From an uncultured Gammaproteobacteria bacterium (GTDB lineage Bacteria > Patescibacteriota > Patescibacteriia > JACPHY01): a stretch of 59,418 bases of DNA. Both the position numbers and the translations under genes were made by a program. The notes under the pieces are model-generated. The model had not been told where the DNA came from. It ran no database searches and was given only the letters and a program-made list of their open reading frames with translations. Below, piece by piece: positions 8,966 through 17,882 of the stretch (position 1 is the stretch's first letter; every line of letters begins with the position of its first letter). The stretch covers positions 1 through 59,418 of the forward strand of contig CAZPCZ010000002.1 of the NCBI GenBank assembly GCA_964585225.1, given 5' to 3'.

Positions 8966-9147
8966 GCAGGGGACACGGCATCGAAGCGATGCGAAAATCG
9001 CACAACCGAGCGCCGCTGCCGAAACGAAGAACACCGACGTTGTTCATTGCCGCGACGATGGAAGCGTTCTCTCGTTTTTGACTGCAATGATCATGAACAA
9101 GTTGTCCCCACTGGAAAGAGACTCGGTTGAGCCAATACGTCTCTGCT

Positions 9148-10428
9148 CTACAATGATCGTCCACAAACGGCGAACTCCGACCACGCCTGATCCAGGCCAA
9201 CAGAAACGATGAGGTGTGGATAGGGTAACCAAACGGCGAATACGGCACCATCACCGAACCGACACCGCCCAGGGAGAGCCACGTCGTGCTCCGGCGAGTC
9301 GCCGAGCTCGTTGAGGAGCGACGCGTCCGTCGAGAGGAGAATCTGCCCATCACGTCGTTCTACGGTGACGACCGCGCTGTCGGTACCCCGTTGCCGGAGG
9401 ACCCAGCGGTTCTCGCCGGTTGGTATGACCTCGAACTCGCTGGGGTCGGCCACCTGCACGGTAGCCGGGAGCCCGTCGAGGCGGCGGGTCCGCGCGGACG
9501 GCCAGATGCGCGCGGCGAGCGAACGGATGGTGACATCGGGCGGTGAGACGGCTGGCTCACCCATGCGAATCGCAATGCGGCCACCAGCGAGGAGGAGATC
9601 TACGAGGTCGGGGAGCGATGGCTCGATCGCCGCACGGAGCTCCGCATGGAACGGGAGGTCGAGCTGTGCCGCAATCGCACGGATTGGGAGTCCGATGACC
9701 TGGAGTCTCCCCGGTTGCGCCCCGACGAGGAGTGGCGTGCGTACGGTGCGCAGGACGAGCGGGATCCGGCCGTCGCTCCGGAGGATGAATCCACGACGAC
9801 CGGTCGTCCCTGCGGCAGTCAACACCTCCGGGAGGAGGTGCCGCGCGGCGTCAAGCGCGGGGATGGGAAGAAGCTGCGGGCGCAAGAACGCTTGGATCGG
9901 TTGGCTCCAGGGCCGATGCCCCGCCTCCGCCATTGCGAGCACAGACCCTCCTCGTCCTCGGGAGGAGCTGGACGTAACAATCTCGCCACGAACTCGGACC
10001 ACGAGGATACGAATCTCCTGCCCTCCGACATCGAACGTCTCGGTTGGCACGACATCCGGTCGTTCGGACGCCCGTTGACCGATGATGACCGCAACGGTTG
10101 GCTCATGCTGCTCCGGCTGGAACGATACGAACGCCAATTCTTGGACGTCCGGCGATCGGATAGCGGTCATCAGCGTGTCATCCATCGTCCACCCCCTCCC
10201 GCTCCCCCTCCTACTACTTGGAGGGGGAGAAAAGATAAAAGAATTTCCCCACCGAAGGAGATCCCTCCGCATCGCTGGCGTGAGGTTGACGTGCGCGTAC
10301 GCAATGGTCTGCTCCGGCAGGAATTCCGCGATCCCATCGCGAAACGGGAACACCTGCCGCCACAAAAACGCTGCGGCGATGTACGCAACAACGGTAATGG
10401 TGGTAACCCCGATGACCCGAAAACGCAT
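9148..10428 (-). CDS. Hypothetical membrane-anchored protein
   Basis: N-terminal TM segment after MRFRVIG; in-frame palindromic inserts at ~10190-10240 and ~9945-9968. Confidence 0.7.
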   Translation of the reverse strand: MRFRVIGVTTITVVAYIAAAFLWRQVFPFRDGIAEFLPEQTIAYAHVNLTPAMRRDLLRWGNSFIFSPPPSSRRGSGRGWTMDDTLMTAIRSPDVQELAFVSFQPEQHEPTVAVIIGQRASERPDVVPTETFDVGGQEIRILVVRVRGEIVTSSSSRGRGGSVLAMAEAGHRPWSQPIQAFLRPQLLPIPALDAARHLLPEVLTAAGTTGRRGFILRSDGRIPLVLRTVRTPLLVGAQPGRLQVIGLPIRAIAAQLDLPFHAELRAAIEPSLPDLVDLLLAGGRIAIRMGEPAVSPPDVTIRSLAARIWPSARTRRLDGLPATVQVADPSEFEVIPTGENRWVLRQRGTDSAVVTVERRDGQILLSTDASLLNELGDSPEHDVALPGRCRFGDGAVFAVWLPYPHLIVSVGLDQAWSEFAVCGRSL

Positions 10429-10430
10429 AC

Positions 10431-10476
10431 AAAAAGGTACCAGGTACCTTACCGAGAGGGTACCTGGTACCTTCTT
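10431..10476. repeat. Intergenic perfect palindrome (REP-like)
   Basis: AAGGTACCAGGTACC...GGTACCTGGTACCTT 15-bp stem downstream of pnp. Confidence 0.8.
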
Positions 10477-10497
10477 CGCCGTCACGATGATGTCCGC

Positions 10498-12822
10498 CTA
10501 GTACCGCCGCGGGGGACCACGCCGCGGGCCGCCGGGGCCACCGTGCCCACGCGGACCGCCGTGTGGCGGGCCTCCACGGAACCCGCTCGGGCCGTGACCA
10601 TGGCCTCGCGTTCCTCGCTCCGCGAACCCACCACCGTCTGGCGGCGCGGGAGGATACTCGAACGCCTCTCCCGCAGCGACCGCCGCCTTCAAGGACAAGT
10701 TGATGCGCCCGAGGTCGTCGATCTCTTTCACCATGACCGGCACCTCGTCGCCGATCTTCACGATGTCGGTCACCTCGTTCACCCGGTACGGCGCGAGCTC
10801 GGAGATGTGCACGAGCCCCTCCTGCTTCGGAAGGATTTCAACGAACGCGCCGAAGTCGAGGAGCCGCGTCACCTTCCCGCGGAAGATCTCGCCGGCCACC
10901 ACCTCGCGCGTGAGCTGCTTGATCCAGTCAATCGCGCGATCCATGCCCTCCTTCGTGACCGACGTGATGAAGATGAGGCCGGACTGCTCGATATCGATCT
11001 CCGCGCCGGTCTTGTCGATGATCTCGTTGATGATCTTCCCGCCCGGACCGATGACGTCGCGGATGCGATCGGGTTTGATCTGGAGCGTCTGCACGCGCGG
11101 TGCGTACGGCGAGAGCTCCGGACGCGGCGCCGCAATCGTCTGTTCCATGACGCGCAGGACCTCAAGGCGTCCCTCGTGTGCCTGGGTGAGCGTCGCCGCG
11201 ATCATGTCCGCCGTGAGCCCAGCGGTCTTCGTGTCCATCTGCACTGCGGTGATGCCGGCTTTCGTCCCCGCAATCTTGAAGTCCATCCCACCCTTGCCAT
11301 CCTCGAGATCCTGGAGGTCGGTGAGGACCTTCCATCGCCCATTCGCGTCCGATGCAAGCCCCATCGCGACCCCGCCAACCGATGCCGTGATCGGGACGCC
11401 TGCATCCATGAGCGCGAGCGATGAGGCGCAGGTCGAGGCCATGGAGGACGACCCGTTCGACGAGAGCGTCTCCGACACCACGCGCATGGCGTACGGGAAT
11501 TGCTCCTTCGCGGGGAGCACCGGCTCCAGTGCGCGCTCCGCGAGCGCGCCATGACCGATCTCTCGGCGACCAGGGCCGCGATTCGGCCCCGCCTCCCCAA
11601 CGGAGTACGCCGGGAAATTGTAGTGGTGCATGTACCGCTTCTTCACGTCAAACTCCATCGTATCGATGACCTGCTCCTTCGACGGAGCGCCGAGCGTGAC
11701 GGCCGAGAGGATCCGCGTATCCCCGCGCGTGAAGTACCCACTCCCGTGGCAGCGCGGCAGCAACGCAACCTCGGCGCCGAGCGGTCGGATCTCATCGAGC
11801 GCACGGCCGTCCACGCGCTTCCCCTCATCGAGGATAAGCGTGACGACACCCTCCTCGACGAGCGGCTTCACGAGGTCGAAGCAGCGCTTGCGTTTGTCCT
11901 TCCCGACCTGCGCGCTCGTCAGGAACGCCTCGAGCTCCACCTTGAGCTTCGCGACGAACTCACTCCGCTCGCGTTTCGTCTCGCGCACGCCTTGCCGGAG
12001 CGCCTCGCGGATGCGGGTCGTGAGGAATTCACGCGCACGCTGCTCGATCTTGACGTCATCCTCGGTGAGCCCCGACGCTGCGGTCGGGGGGGTCCACTTC
12101 GGCTTCCCGACCTGCTCCCGAATCTGTGCGATGAGCGCAACGATCGGCCGGAGGTGCTTCATGGCAAATGCGATCGCGTCTCGAAAATCATCCTCTGGCA
12201 CCTCTTTCGCTCCCGCCTCGATCATGATCGCGCGCTCGTGCGTTCCTGCGACGATGAGATCGAGGAGCGATTTCTCGCGTGCAGCGTACGTGGGGTTGAT
12301 CGCCCATTCGTGCCGTGTGTCGTCCTCCGACGCGATGCGCCCGATGCGTATACCTGCGATCAACCCATTCCACGGGATGTCGGAAATGGAAAGCACGACC
12401 GATGCACCGATGATGCCGAGGATGTCAGAATCATTCTCGCCATCCCACGAGAGCGTCGTGATGACGACCTGCACGTCGTTCCGAATACCCTCCGGGAAGA
12501 ACGGACGAATCGCGCGGTCAATGAGCCGCCCAGAGAGAATCGCCTCGTCGGATGGTCGTCCCTCGCGCTTGATGAACCGCGAGCCCTTGATCTTCCCCGC
12601 GGCGTACAGCCGCTCCTCGAAGTCCACCATGAGCGGAAAGAAATCAATGCCCTCGCGCGAGTTTGCGGAGAGCACGACGGTTGCGAGCACGACGGTGTCG
12701 CCGTAGCGCACCGTGCACGCGCCATTCGCCTGACCGGCGAATTTCCCGATGTCGATCGCTAACGTGCGGCCGCCCCACTCGATCTCAAAGTGGCGCGGCG
12801 AAACCGAAGATGATTCGGCCAT
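10498..12822 (-). CDS. pnp: Polyribonucleotide nucleotidyltransferase
   Basis: RRE-IGHGALAERAL, SETLSSNGSSSMAS, DMDFK-like GMDFKIAG, KH and S1 domains, Gly/Arg-rich tail. Confidence 0.97.
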   Translation of the reverse strand: MAESSSVSPRHFEIEWGGRTLAIDIGKFAGQANGACTVRYGDTVVLATVVLSANSREGIDFFPLMVDFEERLYAAGKIKGSRFIKREGRPSDEAILSGRLIDRAIRPFFPEGIRNDVQVVITTLSWDGENDSDILGIIGASVVLSISDIPWNGLIAGIRIGRIASEDDTRHEWAINPTYAAREKSLLDLIVAGTHERAIMIEAGAKEVPEDDFRDAIAFAMKHLRPIVALIAQIREQVGKPKWTPPTAASGLTEDDVKIEQRAREFLTTRIREALRQGVRETKRERSEFVAKLKVELEAFLTSAQVGKDKRKRCFDLVKPLVEEGVVTLILDEGKRVDGRALDEIRPLGAEVALLPRCHGSGYFTRGDTRILSAVTLGAPSKEQVIDTMEFDVKKRYMHHYNFPAYSVGEAGPNRGPGRREIGHGALAERALEPVLPAKEQFPYAMRVVSETLSSNGSSSMASTCASSLALMDAGVPITASVGGVAMGLASDANGRWKVLTDLQDLEDGKGGMDFKIAGTKAGITAVQMDTKTAGLTADMIAATLTQAHEGRLEVLRVMEQTIAAPRPELSPYAPRVQTLQIKPDRIRDVIGPGGKIINEIIDKTGAEIDIEQSGLIFITSVTKEGMDRAIDWIKQLTREVVAGEIFRGKVTRLLDFGAFVEILPKQEGLVHISELAPYRVNEVTDIVKIGDEVPVMVKEIDDLGRINLSLKAAVAAGEAFEYPPAPPDGGGFAERGTRGHGHGPSGFRGGPPHGGPRGHGGPGGPRRGPPRRY

Positions 12823-12908
12823 ACCGATGGAAGGCTGGCCGCTGGACACGAATGCTCCTCACGATCCGAGGAGAACTCTCTGTCCCGCGGTCAGCAGTGA
12901 ATGATGAA

Positions 12909-13457
12909 TTACTCCGAGGTATTCGCTCCCGATCCCCCGTCTCTCCGCCCGCGACGACGCGCGCGGATGATGAAGCGCTTCGGATCCGCGGCGAGGTCGG
13001 TGAAGTCGTCAACGAGGTTCTGGAGCTTCCCGGATGTCGTCGGACGGAACGCCGCGACCTCGACGAGGCGCCCCTGGTGCTGGAGGTACTCGACGAGCGG
13101 GATGAAGTCGCCGTCGCCGGAACAGACGACGACGACATCCACGAGCGCGCTGATGCGGATCGCGTCGACCGCGAGTCCGACGTCCCAGTCCGCCTTCTTC
13201 GCGCCGGATGCGAACTCCTGGAGATCCTTCTCCTTCGTCGCGATACCGAGCTTCTGGAGCGCTTCAAAGAACGGCTGCTCGGTGCCGGATTTCCCGCGGA
13301 TGACGTACGCGATCGCGCGGACGAGCCGGCGACCGGCGACGACCTCCTTGAGGATCTCCGCGAAGTTCGGGTTGCCCCCGAACATGTGCTGGCCGGAGTG
13401 GTAGAGGTTCTGTGCGTCAATGAAGACCGCGACCCGTTGTTCGGCGTGCTTGATCAT
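12909..13457 (-). CDS. NYN domain (LabA/DUF88) protein
   Basis: [33 protein letters not shown]. Confidence 0.92.
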   Translation of the reverse strand: MIKHAEQRVAVFIDAQNLYHSGQHMFGGNPNFAEILKEVVAGRRLVRAIAYVIRGKSGTEQPFFEALQKLGIATKEKDLQEFASGAKKADWDVGLAVDAIRISALVDVVVVCSGDGDFIPLVEYLQHQGRLVEVAAFRPTTSGKLQNLVDDFTDLAADPKRFIIRARRRGRRDGGSGANTSE

Positions 13458-13795
13458 GCTGGTGTACTCGCTGCTGCTTTTGCGACCGGTTGCACGTTCC
13501 CGACTTCATCGGCCGGCTTTTCGGTGACCTTGATCTTGATCTTCAGCCGCTTCGCGAGCTCGATGTACGCCTCGACGTTCTCACGCTCGAGGTACTTCAA
13601 GAGTCGGCGTCGCTCGCTCACCTTCTTGAGCAATCCGCGCCGCGACGAGAAATCCTTCTTGTGCGTCTTCAGGTGCTCGACGAGCTCCCGGATTTCTTCC
13701 GTGAGGATCGCGACCTGCACCTGCGGGGACCCCGTGTCTCCGTCATGCGTCTGGAACTTCTTGATGATCTTATCCTTCGCCGCTTTATCGAGCAT
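13454..13795 (-). CDS. rpsO: 30S ribosomal protein S15
   Basis: [38 protein letters not shown]. Confidence 0.97.
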   Translation of the reverse strand: MLDKAAKDKIIKKFQTHDGDTGSPQVQVAILTEEIRELVEHLKTHKKDFSSRRGLLKKVSERRRLLKYLERENVEAYIELAKRLKIKIKVTEKPADEVGNVQPVAKAAASTPA

Positions 13796-13937
13796 ATACG
13801 GGGCGCGCTGCTGAGCTGCCGCTGGACTCACGGACAGCCAAGGAGCCGCGACGTGAATGATGGATGATGGAACGACCGTAGCATGGTGCCGTTCTACGAG
13901 CAAGTAGGTGTGCAACGGAGTATACTTATACGACCCT

Positions 13938-14120
13938 ATGCAGCTCACGGGCGCCATTCGTCAATTCCTCGAATACTGCGGAGTCGAGCGGGGACGGTTG
14001 TTGCTTGTCACAAGGGGCTTCGCCCCCTGTGCGACCCCCGGCTCGTTCCGTACGCGAGGGTCGGGCAAAGCCCTTCTTCCCTCGCGCGCTCCACGAGCCA
14101 CGGCGACCGCCAGCCGCTGA
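13938..14120 (+). other. Duplicated first 20 codons of the Xer gene followed by a ~125-nt structured insert
   Basis: [20 protein letters not shown] versus [20 protein letters not shown] at 14127; nested stems follow at 14009-14101. Confidence 0.8.
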
Positions 14121-14126
14121 ACGCCT

Positions 14127-15197
14127 ATGCAGCTCCCGAATGCTATCCGGCAGTTTCTCGAATACTGTGAGGTCGAGCGCGGGCGGTCGCCGGCGACCGT
14201 CCGGATGTACGCGTTCGTGCTCGAACGGTTCGCGACGTTCGCGGAAACGAAATGTGTCCGCACGACCGATCAACTCACCCTCGAGCTCATCCGACAATTC
14301 CGTCTCTGGCTCCATCGGCGGCCGGGCCGGAAGGGCGAAACGCTCACGAAGGGCACGCAGGCGCTCCACCTCGTCGTGATCCGCGCATTCCTGAAATACC
14401 TCACGAAACGGGACATCCCGTCCCTCGCCGCGGAAAAAATCGAGCTCCCTAAAACAGAAGACCGCCAGGTCGAATTCCTCGAGCCGGAGGAGGTCGAGCG
14501 GCTACTCGATGCGCCGTTGGCGCAGAATAAAGAATCGAGAATGAAGAATCAAGGGAAATCGAAATCGAAGGCCATCATTCATGATTCATTATTCATCATT
14601 CACCTCCGCGACAAGGCCATCCTCGAGGTCCTCTTCTCCACCGGCATGCGCGTTGGGGAACTCGTCTCGCTCCAACGCGACGACGTGAACCTCGAGCGAG
14701 ACGAGTTCGCGGTGCGGGGCAAGGGTGGGAAGGTACGCGTTGTGTTCCTATCTCCGGAAGCGAAGCAGTCACTGCGGCGGTACCTCGATGCTCGTGCCGA
14801 CATGAGCCCATTCCTATTCGTACGGCACGATCGAGCGGCCGCTCTTGTGTCATCCCGAGCGAAGCCGAGGGATCTCACGCGAGGCAAGCGTGCGATGAGT
14901 GAGATTTCTCGCTTTGCTCGAAATGACGAACGGGGTGACGATCAACCCCTCACCGCCCGATCCGTCGAACGCCTCGTCCAGCGGTACGCGCGTGCGGCGG
15001 GAATCATGAAACCGGTGCACCCGCACACGCTCCGGCACTCCTTCGCGACCGATCTCCTGCGCGGCGGCGCACAGCTCCGCGAGGTGCAGGCGATGCTCGG
15101 CCACGCCTCTATCACGACGACACAAATCTACACGCACGTGACCGAGCAGCACCTCCGCGAAGCGCACAAACGATTCCATCGCCGAAAACACCGTTGA
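14127..15197 (+). CDS. XerC/XerD-like tyrosine recombinase with two in-frame palindromic inserts
   Basis: STGMRVGEL (R), GKGGKVR (K), HPHTLRHSFAT (HxxR), LGH, TQIYTHV (Y). Confidence 0.93.
   Translation: MQLPNAIRQFLEYCEVERGRSPATVRMYAFVLERFATFAETKCVRTTDQLTLELIRQFRLWLHRRPGRKGETLTKGTQALHLVVIRAFLKYLTKRDIPSLAAEKIELPKTEDRQVEFLEPEEVERLLDAPLAQNKESRMKNQGKSKSKAIIHDSLFIIHLRDKAILEVLFSTGMRVGELVSLQRDDVNLERDEFAVRGKGGKVRVVFLSPEAKQSLRRYLDARADMSPFLFVRHDRAAALVSSRAKPRDLTRGKRAMSEISRFARNDERGDDQPLTARSVERLVQRYARAAGIMKPVHPHTLRHSFATDLLRGGAQLREVQAMLGHASITTTQIYTHVTEQHLREAHKRFHRRKHR
14525..14602. repeat. Heptamer inverted-repeat element in frame in the Xer gene
   Basis: AGAATAA AGAATCG AGAATGA AGAATCA ... TCATTCA TGATTCA TTATTCA TCATTCA; encodes NKESRMKNQGKSKSKAIIHDSLFIIH. 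Confidence 0.85.
14849..14927. repeat. GTCATYYCGAG...GAAATGAC-family palindromic element in frame in the Xer gene
   Basis: GTCATCCCGAGCGAAGCCGAGGGATCTCAC...GTGAGATTTCTCGCTTTGCTCGAAATGAC. Confidence 0.85.
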
Positions 15198-15222
15198 CGC
15201 TACGCACAATCACCGCTATGGT
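15194..15222 (+). promoter_or_regulatory. sigma70-like promoter for tRNA-Arg copy 1
   Basis: TTGACG-17-TATGGT. Confidence 0.6.
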
Positions 15223-15247
15223 ACGTTGATGTCAGGCCTCGGTAGCT

Positions 15248-15277
15248 TCCGCCAGAGGCGGATCCGCCTTGGGTGGA
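15248..15277. repeat. 30-nt palindrome (SARGGSAFGG family), intergenic copy
   Basis: TCCGCCAGAGGCGGATCCGCCTTGGGTGGA; related copies at 7709-7738 and 42654-42683. Confidence 0.85.
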
Positions 15278-15305
15278 CAACGGATACCTGCCCGCCATGG
15301 CCCGA

Positions 15306-15377
15306 GCCCCCATAGCTCAATGGAAGAGCACCGGACTTCTAAGCCGTGAGATGTACGTTCGAATCGTACTGGGGGCA
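15306..15377 (+). tRNA. tRNA-Arg(TCT), atypical anticodon stem, no encoded CCA
   Basis: Acceptor GCCCCCA/TGGGGGC, D-arm GCTC/GAGC, T-arm GTACG-TTCGAAT-CGTAC, loop CT-TCT-AA; only 3 of 5 anticodon-stem pairs. Confidence 0.75.
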
Positions 15378-15421
15378 CGGGCGATGGCAGGCGGGGAACG
15401 ACGACGCAAGATAGTGCGCGT

Positions 15422-16015
15422 ATGAAGAACCCTGATCAAGCTTCTCCTTCTCCAGAACGTGGCGTTCCGGATATCGGTGGGATACGGGATACGCTCCTCG
15501 GTACACCACTCGAAGCAGTACGACGGAAATGGGAATCAATACTGAAAAGGGAAGCGGGACCTTTCCTGCAGTTTTACGTCGCATGTCCTGACGATCAGCT
15601 CCCCGCGATCGTGCAGTATCTCACGGAGCATGTTGGCGGAGCGGCAAGCGGCCAGCCTCTTCCGGAAATCGATGTACGACACGACGCTGGAATCCACAAT
15701 GCGGTGGAGGGCTTGGAGGATCGCATTGCACGGCATCCGGCAAATCGTGTGGTGGTGGTCGTTCGTGGATTTGAGCATTACGTCCATGGCTTCAGCGACG
15801 AGCCGACACGGCTGTATGCCAGCCATAATCTCAACCAAGAAATTTCGGAGTCCTACCGTCGAGAGCGCCCCCTTCAGGTACCGCCGGGGAAAAAGGTGAT
15901 CCTTATCATCCATATTGGCTACTCGCTGGGGGAAAACGTCTCCCGCACTGCGATTCAAAGTGCTCTCCGCTCACAATTCAAGGATGGCATCGTTCTCATT
16001 GACGCCCCCACATGA
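15422..16015 (+). CDS. Hypothetical protein (possibly degenerate P-loop-like fold), lower GC
   Basis: 197-aa ORF between two tRNA-Arg genes; Walker-B-like VVVVVRGFE but no Walker A. Confidence 0.65.
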   Translation: MKNPDQASPSPERGVPDIGGIRDTLLGTPLEAVRRKWESILKREAGPFLQFYVACPDDQLPAIVQYLTEHVGGAASGQPLPEIDVRHDAGIHNAVEGLEDRIARHPANRVVVVVRGFEHYVHGFSDEPTRLYASHNLNQEISESYRRERPLQVPPGKKVILIIHIGYSLGENVSRTAIQSALRSQFKDGIVLIDAPT

Positions 16016-16115
16016 TGCGGTTCGGTCGTCATGGAACTCGCGGAGCACCAATTCCTCTGCGCACTACACGATGGGACCAATGAATCACCAACGCTCCCGA
16101 TGTTGCTCGGAAGCA

Positions 16116-16144
16116 TTGACTCCGTGTTCCTGGACCGCTATGCT
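16116..16144 (+). promoter_or_regulatory. sigma70-like promoter for tRNA-Arg copy 2
   Basis: TTGACT-17-TATGCT. Confidence 0.6.
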
Positions 16145-16157
16145 ACGGTGTCAACGA

Positions 16158-16234
16158 GCCCCGGTAGCTCAACTGGATAGAGCGGCGGCGTTCTAAGCCG
16201 ACGGCTGGAGGTTCGATCCCCTCCCGGGGCACCA
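16158..16234 (+). tRNA. tRNA-Arg(TCT)
   Basis: GCCCCGG/CCGGGGC acceptor, anticodon TCT, TTCGATC T-loop, encoded CCA. Confidence 0.9.
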
Positions 16235-16379
16235 AGACAACATCCTCAGAGTCCCCTCGAACTGGTCACGCCCCCGATACACATCGAGGACGTGCACGCA
16301 TCCTGCAGAGGTTGCCGCTCACAGCCGAAGTTGCTACAATTTGAGAAAGGAATTTCACGATGGCCGCTCCAACTCGGCT

Positions 16380-16871
16380 ATGACTTGGGCCTACATTGCT
16401 GGATTCTTTGATGGAGAAGGGAGTCTGTCCCGTAACGGTAATGGCTTCCGTGTCACTATTCCGCAAACAAATGTCGAGGTCCTCTGTACCATTCAACGAT
16501 TTGCTGGATACGGGAACGTCATTCACGTAACGAAACGACAACGCCATTGGAAAGAAAGTTGGATATACGCCGTCGCCAAGCAGGAAGAGGTGCTCCACTT
16601 TCTCCACAGAATCGGACCGTATCTCGTGGTCAAACGTAATCTGGTGAAGGCGGCACTGCCGGGCATTGCCCAAATGGTTGCTCAATACCGCCACGAGATG
16701 GTGCGTCGCAAACAACAATTCCGTACCGCAGTTTCGCTCCGGAAACGTGGATGGACATACCGCGATATTGGAAGGCGTCTGGGGATGGATTGGAGTTGGA
16801 CACGCCGGATCATCATGAAGGCTCCTACGAACCCGGACGGAACCACTACGGTGGGCGTAGCTCAATGGTAG
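16380..16871 (+). CDS. LAGLIDADG homing endonuclease with C-terminal HTH
   Basis: WAYIAGFFDGEGS motif; C-terminal RKRGWTYRDIGRRLGMDWSWTRRII; 3' end overlaps tRNA-His. An upstream TTG at 16341 is in frame. Confidence 0.9.
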   Translation: MTWAYIAGFFDGEGSLSRNGNGFRVTIPQTNVEVLCTIQRFAGYGNVIHVTKRQRHWKESWIYAVAKQEEVLHFLHRIGPYLVVKRNLVKAALPGIAQMVAQYRHEMVRRKQQFRTAVSLRKRGWTYRDIGRRLGMDWSWTRRIIMKAPTNPDGTTTVGVAQW

Positions 16872-16925
16872 AGCACTGGTTTGTGGAGCCAGTGGCTGCG
16901 GGTTCGATCCCCGTCGCCCACCCCA
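16850..16925 (+). tRNA. tRNA-His(GTG)
   Basis: G-1, GTGGGCG/CGCCCAC acceptor, CTGGT-TT-GTG-GA-GCCAG, C73 + CCA. Confidence 0.93.
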
Positions 16926-16941
16926 GAGTTCACTATTGGAA

Positions 16942-16969
16942 GACGACCACCCCGGAAGGGGTGGTCGTC
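16942..16969. terminator. Hairpin after tRNA-His, between convergent units
   Basis: GACGACCACCCC-ggaa-GGGGTGGTCGTC. Confidence 0.65.
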
Positions 16970-16980
16970 GTGGTGCGGGC

Positions 16981-17496
16981 CTACAGTGCCCGGACGACGA
17001 GCGTGTCGCCGTCGCGGTGGATCGTGAACTGCTGGCCGTCGATCGTGAGCGACTCCGGCTCGACGAACTGCGCGCGATCGCAGAAGAGATCGGCGGTGAG
17101 GCCGGCGGCGGTCTGGGTGTCCGCTTCGGAGAGGCCGAGTCGGCGGGCTTCGATCTTTGCCTTCGCGAGCGCACGAACTTCCGCGTCCGTGCAGCGTGTG
17201 GTGCGCTCCGCGCTGGCTTCGGCCTGGTCGCAGATCACGTGGAGGAGACTGGCGATGCACGTCTCGGCGACCGGACGCCACGTGAGACGGTCGACGAGCG
17301 CTTCCTCTTCGTCCGTGAGCTGCCGGAGCGTCACGCCGGCCGCGACCGCCTCCGCTTCGAATTGGCGATCCACCTCCGACTGGGGGAACTTGATCGCCTT
17401 GGCGAGCTGGGCCTCGAGGAACAGCAGGAGCCGCTCCGTGAGCTTCTTCGCGTGCGGCAGTGCGCCCCGGAGGAGCGCGTCCTGAGCAGGATCCAT
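16981..17496 (-). CDS. Hypothetical protein
   Basis: 171-aa helical ORF with AGGAGG/GGAG upstream. Confidence 0.7.
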   Translation of the reverse strand: MDPAQDALLRGALPHAKKLTERLLLFLEAQLAKAIKFPQSEVDRQFEAEAVAAGVTLRQLTDEEEALVDRLTWRPVAETCIASLLHVICDQAEASAERTTRCTDAEVRALAKAKIEARRLGLSEADTQTAAGLTADLFCDRAQFVEPESLTIDGQQFTIHRDGDTLVVRAL

Positions 17497-17596
17497 GGAT
17501 CTCCGATGCCTCCTGTGCGATTGGGAACGAACACCTCACCCTACCACACCCGCCCGCACGTGTCAACTACCGACAAAAAATCTGATGCAACGACGA

Positions 17597-17622
17597 GCCG
17601 CCCCGACGGACATCGGGGCGGC
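17597..17622 (-). terminator. Hairpin downstream of the small ORF
   Basis: GCCGCCCCGA-cggaca-TCGGGGCGGC. Confidence 0.5.
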
Positions 17623-17637
17623 GTTCCTGTTCTGTCT

Positions 17638-17727
17638 CTACAAACTCTCCAACCACACGAACATGCCGAGCGAGGTGATGACGGCGATCGCGATGATGAT
17701 GTGCGACGCGCTGATCGTGATTTCCAT
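17638..17727 (-). CDS. Putative 29-aa single-pass membrane peptide
   Basis: Manual translation MEITISASHIIIAIAVITSLGMFVWLESL*; followed by a hairpin; below the ORF-track cutoff. Confidence 0.4.
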   Translation of the reverse strand: MEITISASHIIIAIAVITSLGMFVWLESL

Positions 17728-17882
17728 CGCAGTGTCCGCACGCGGTTTCGCGTACGAGTAATGAACCCGGCAGTATTCAATCATTCGGATTGTACTGCCG
17801 GGTGAACAAGATATTTAACATACAATCACTGCGCCGTGACGCAAGATGTGGACAACTCACCACGAAACGCTACGATGGGGGC

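Noticed and set aside
16235-16380. Split tRNA with a group I intron around the LAGLIDADG gene
   Set aside because: Both flanking tRNAs are complete and no tRNA half is visible
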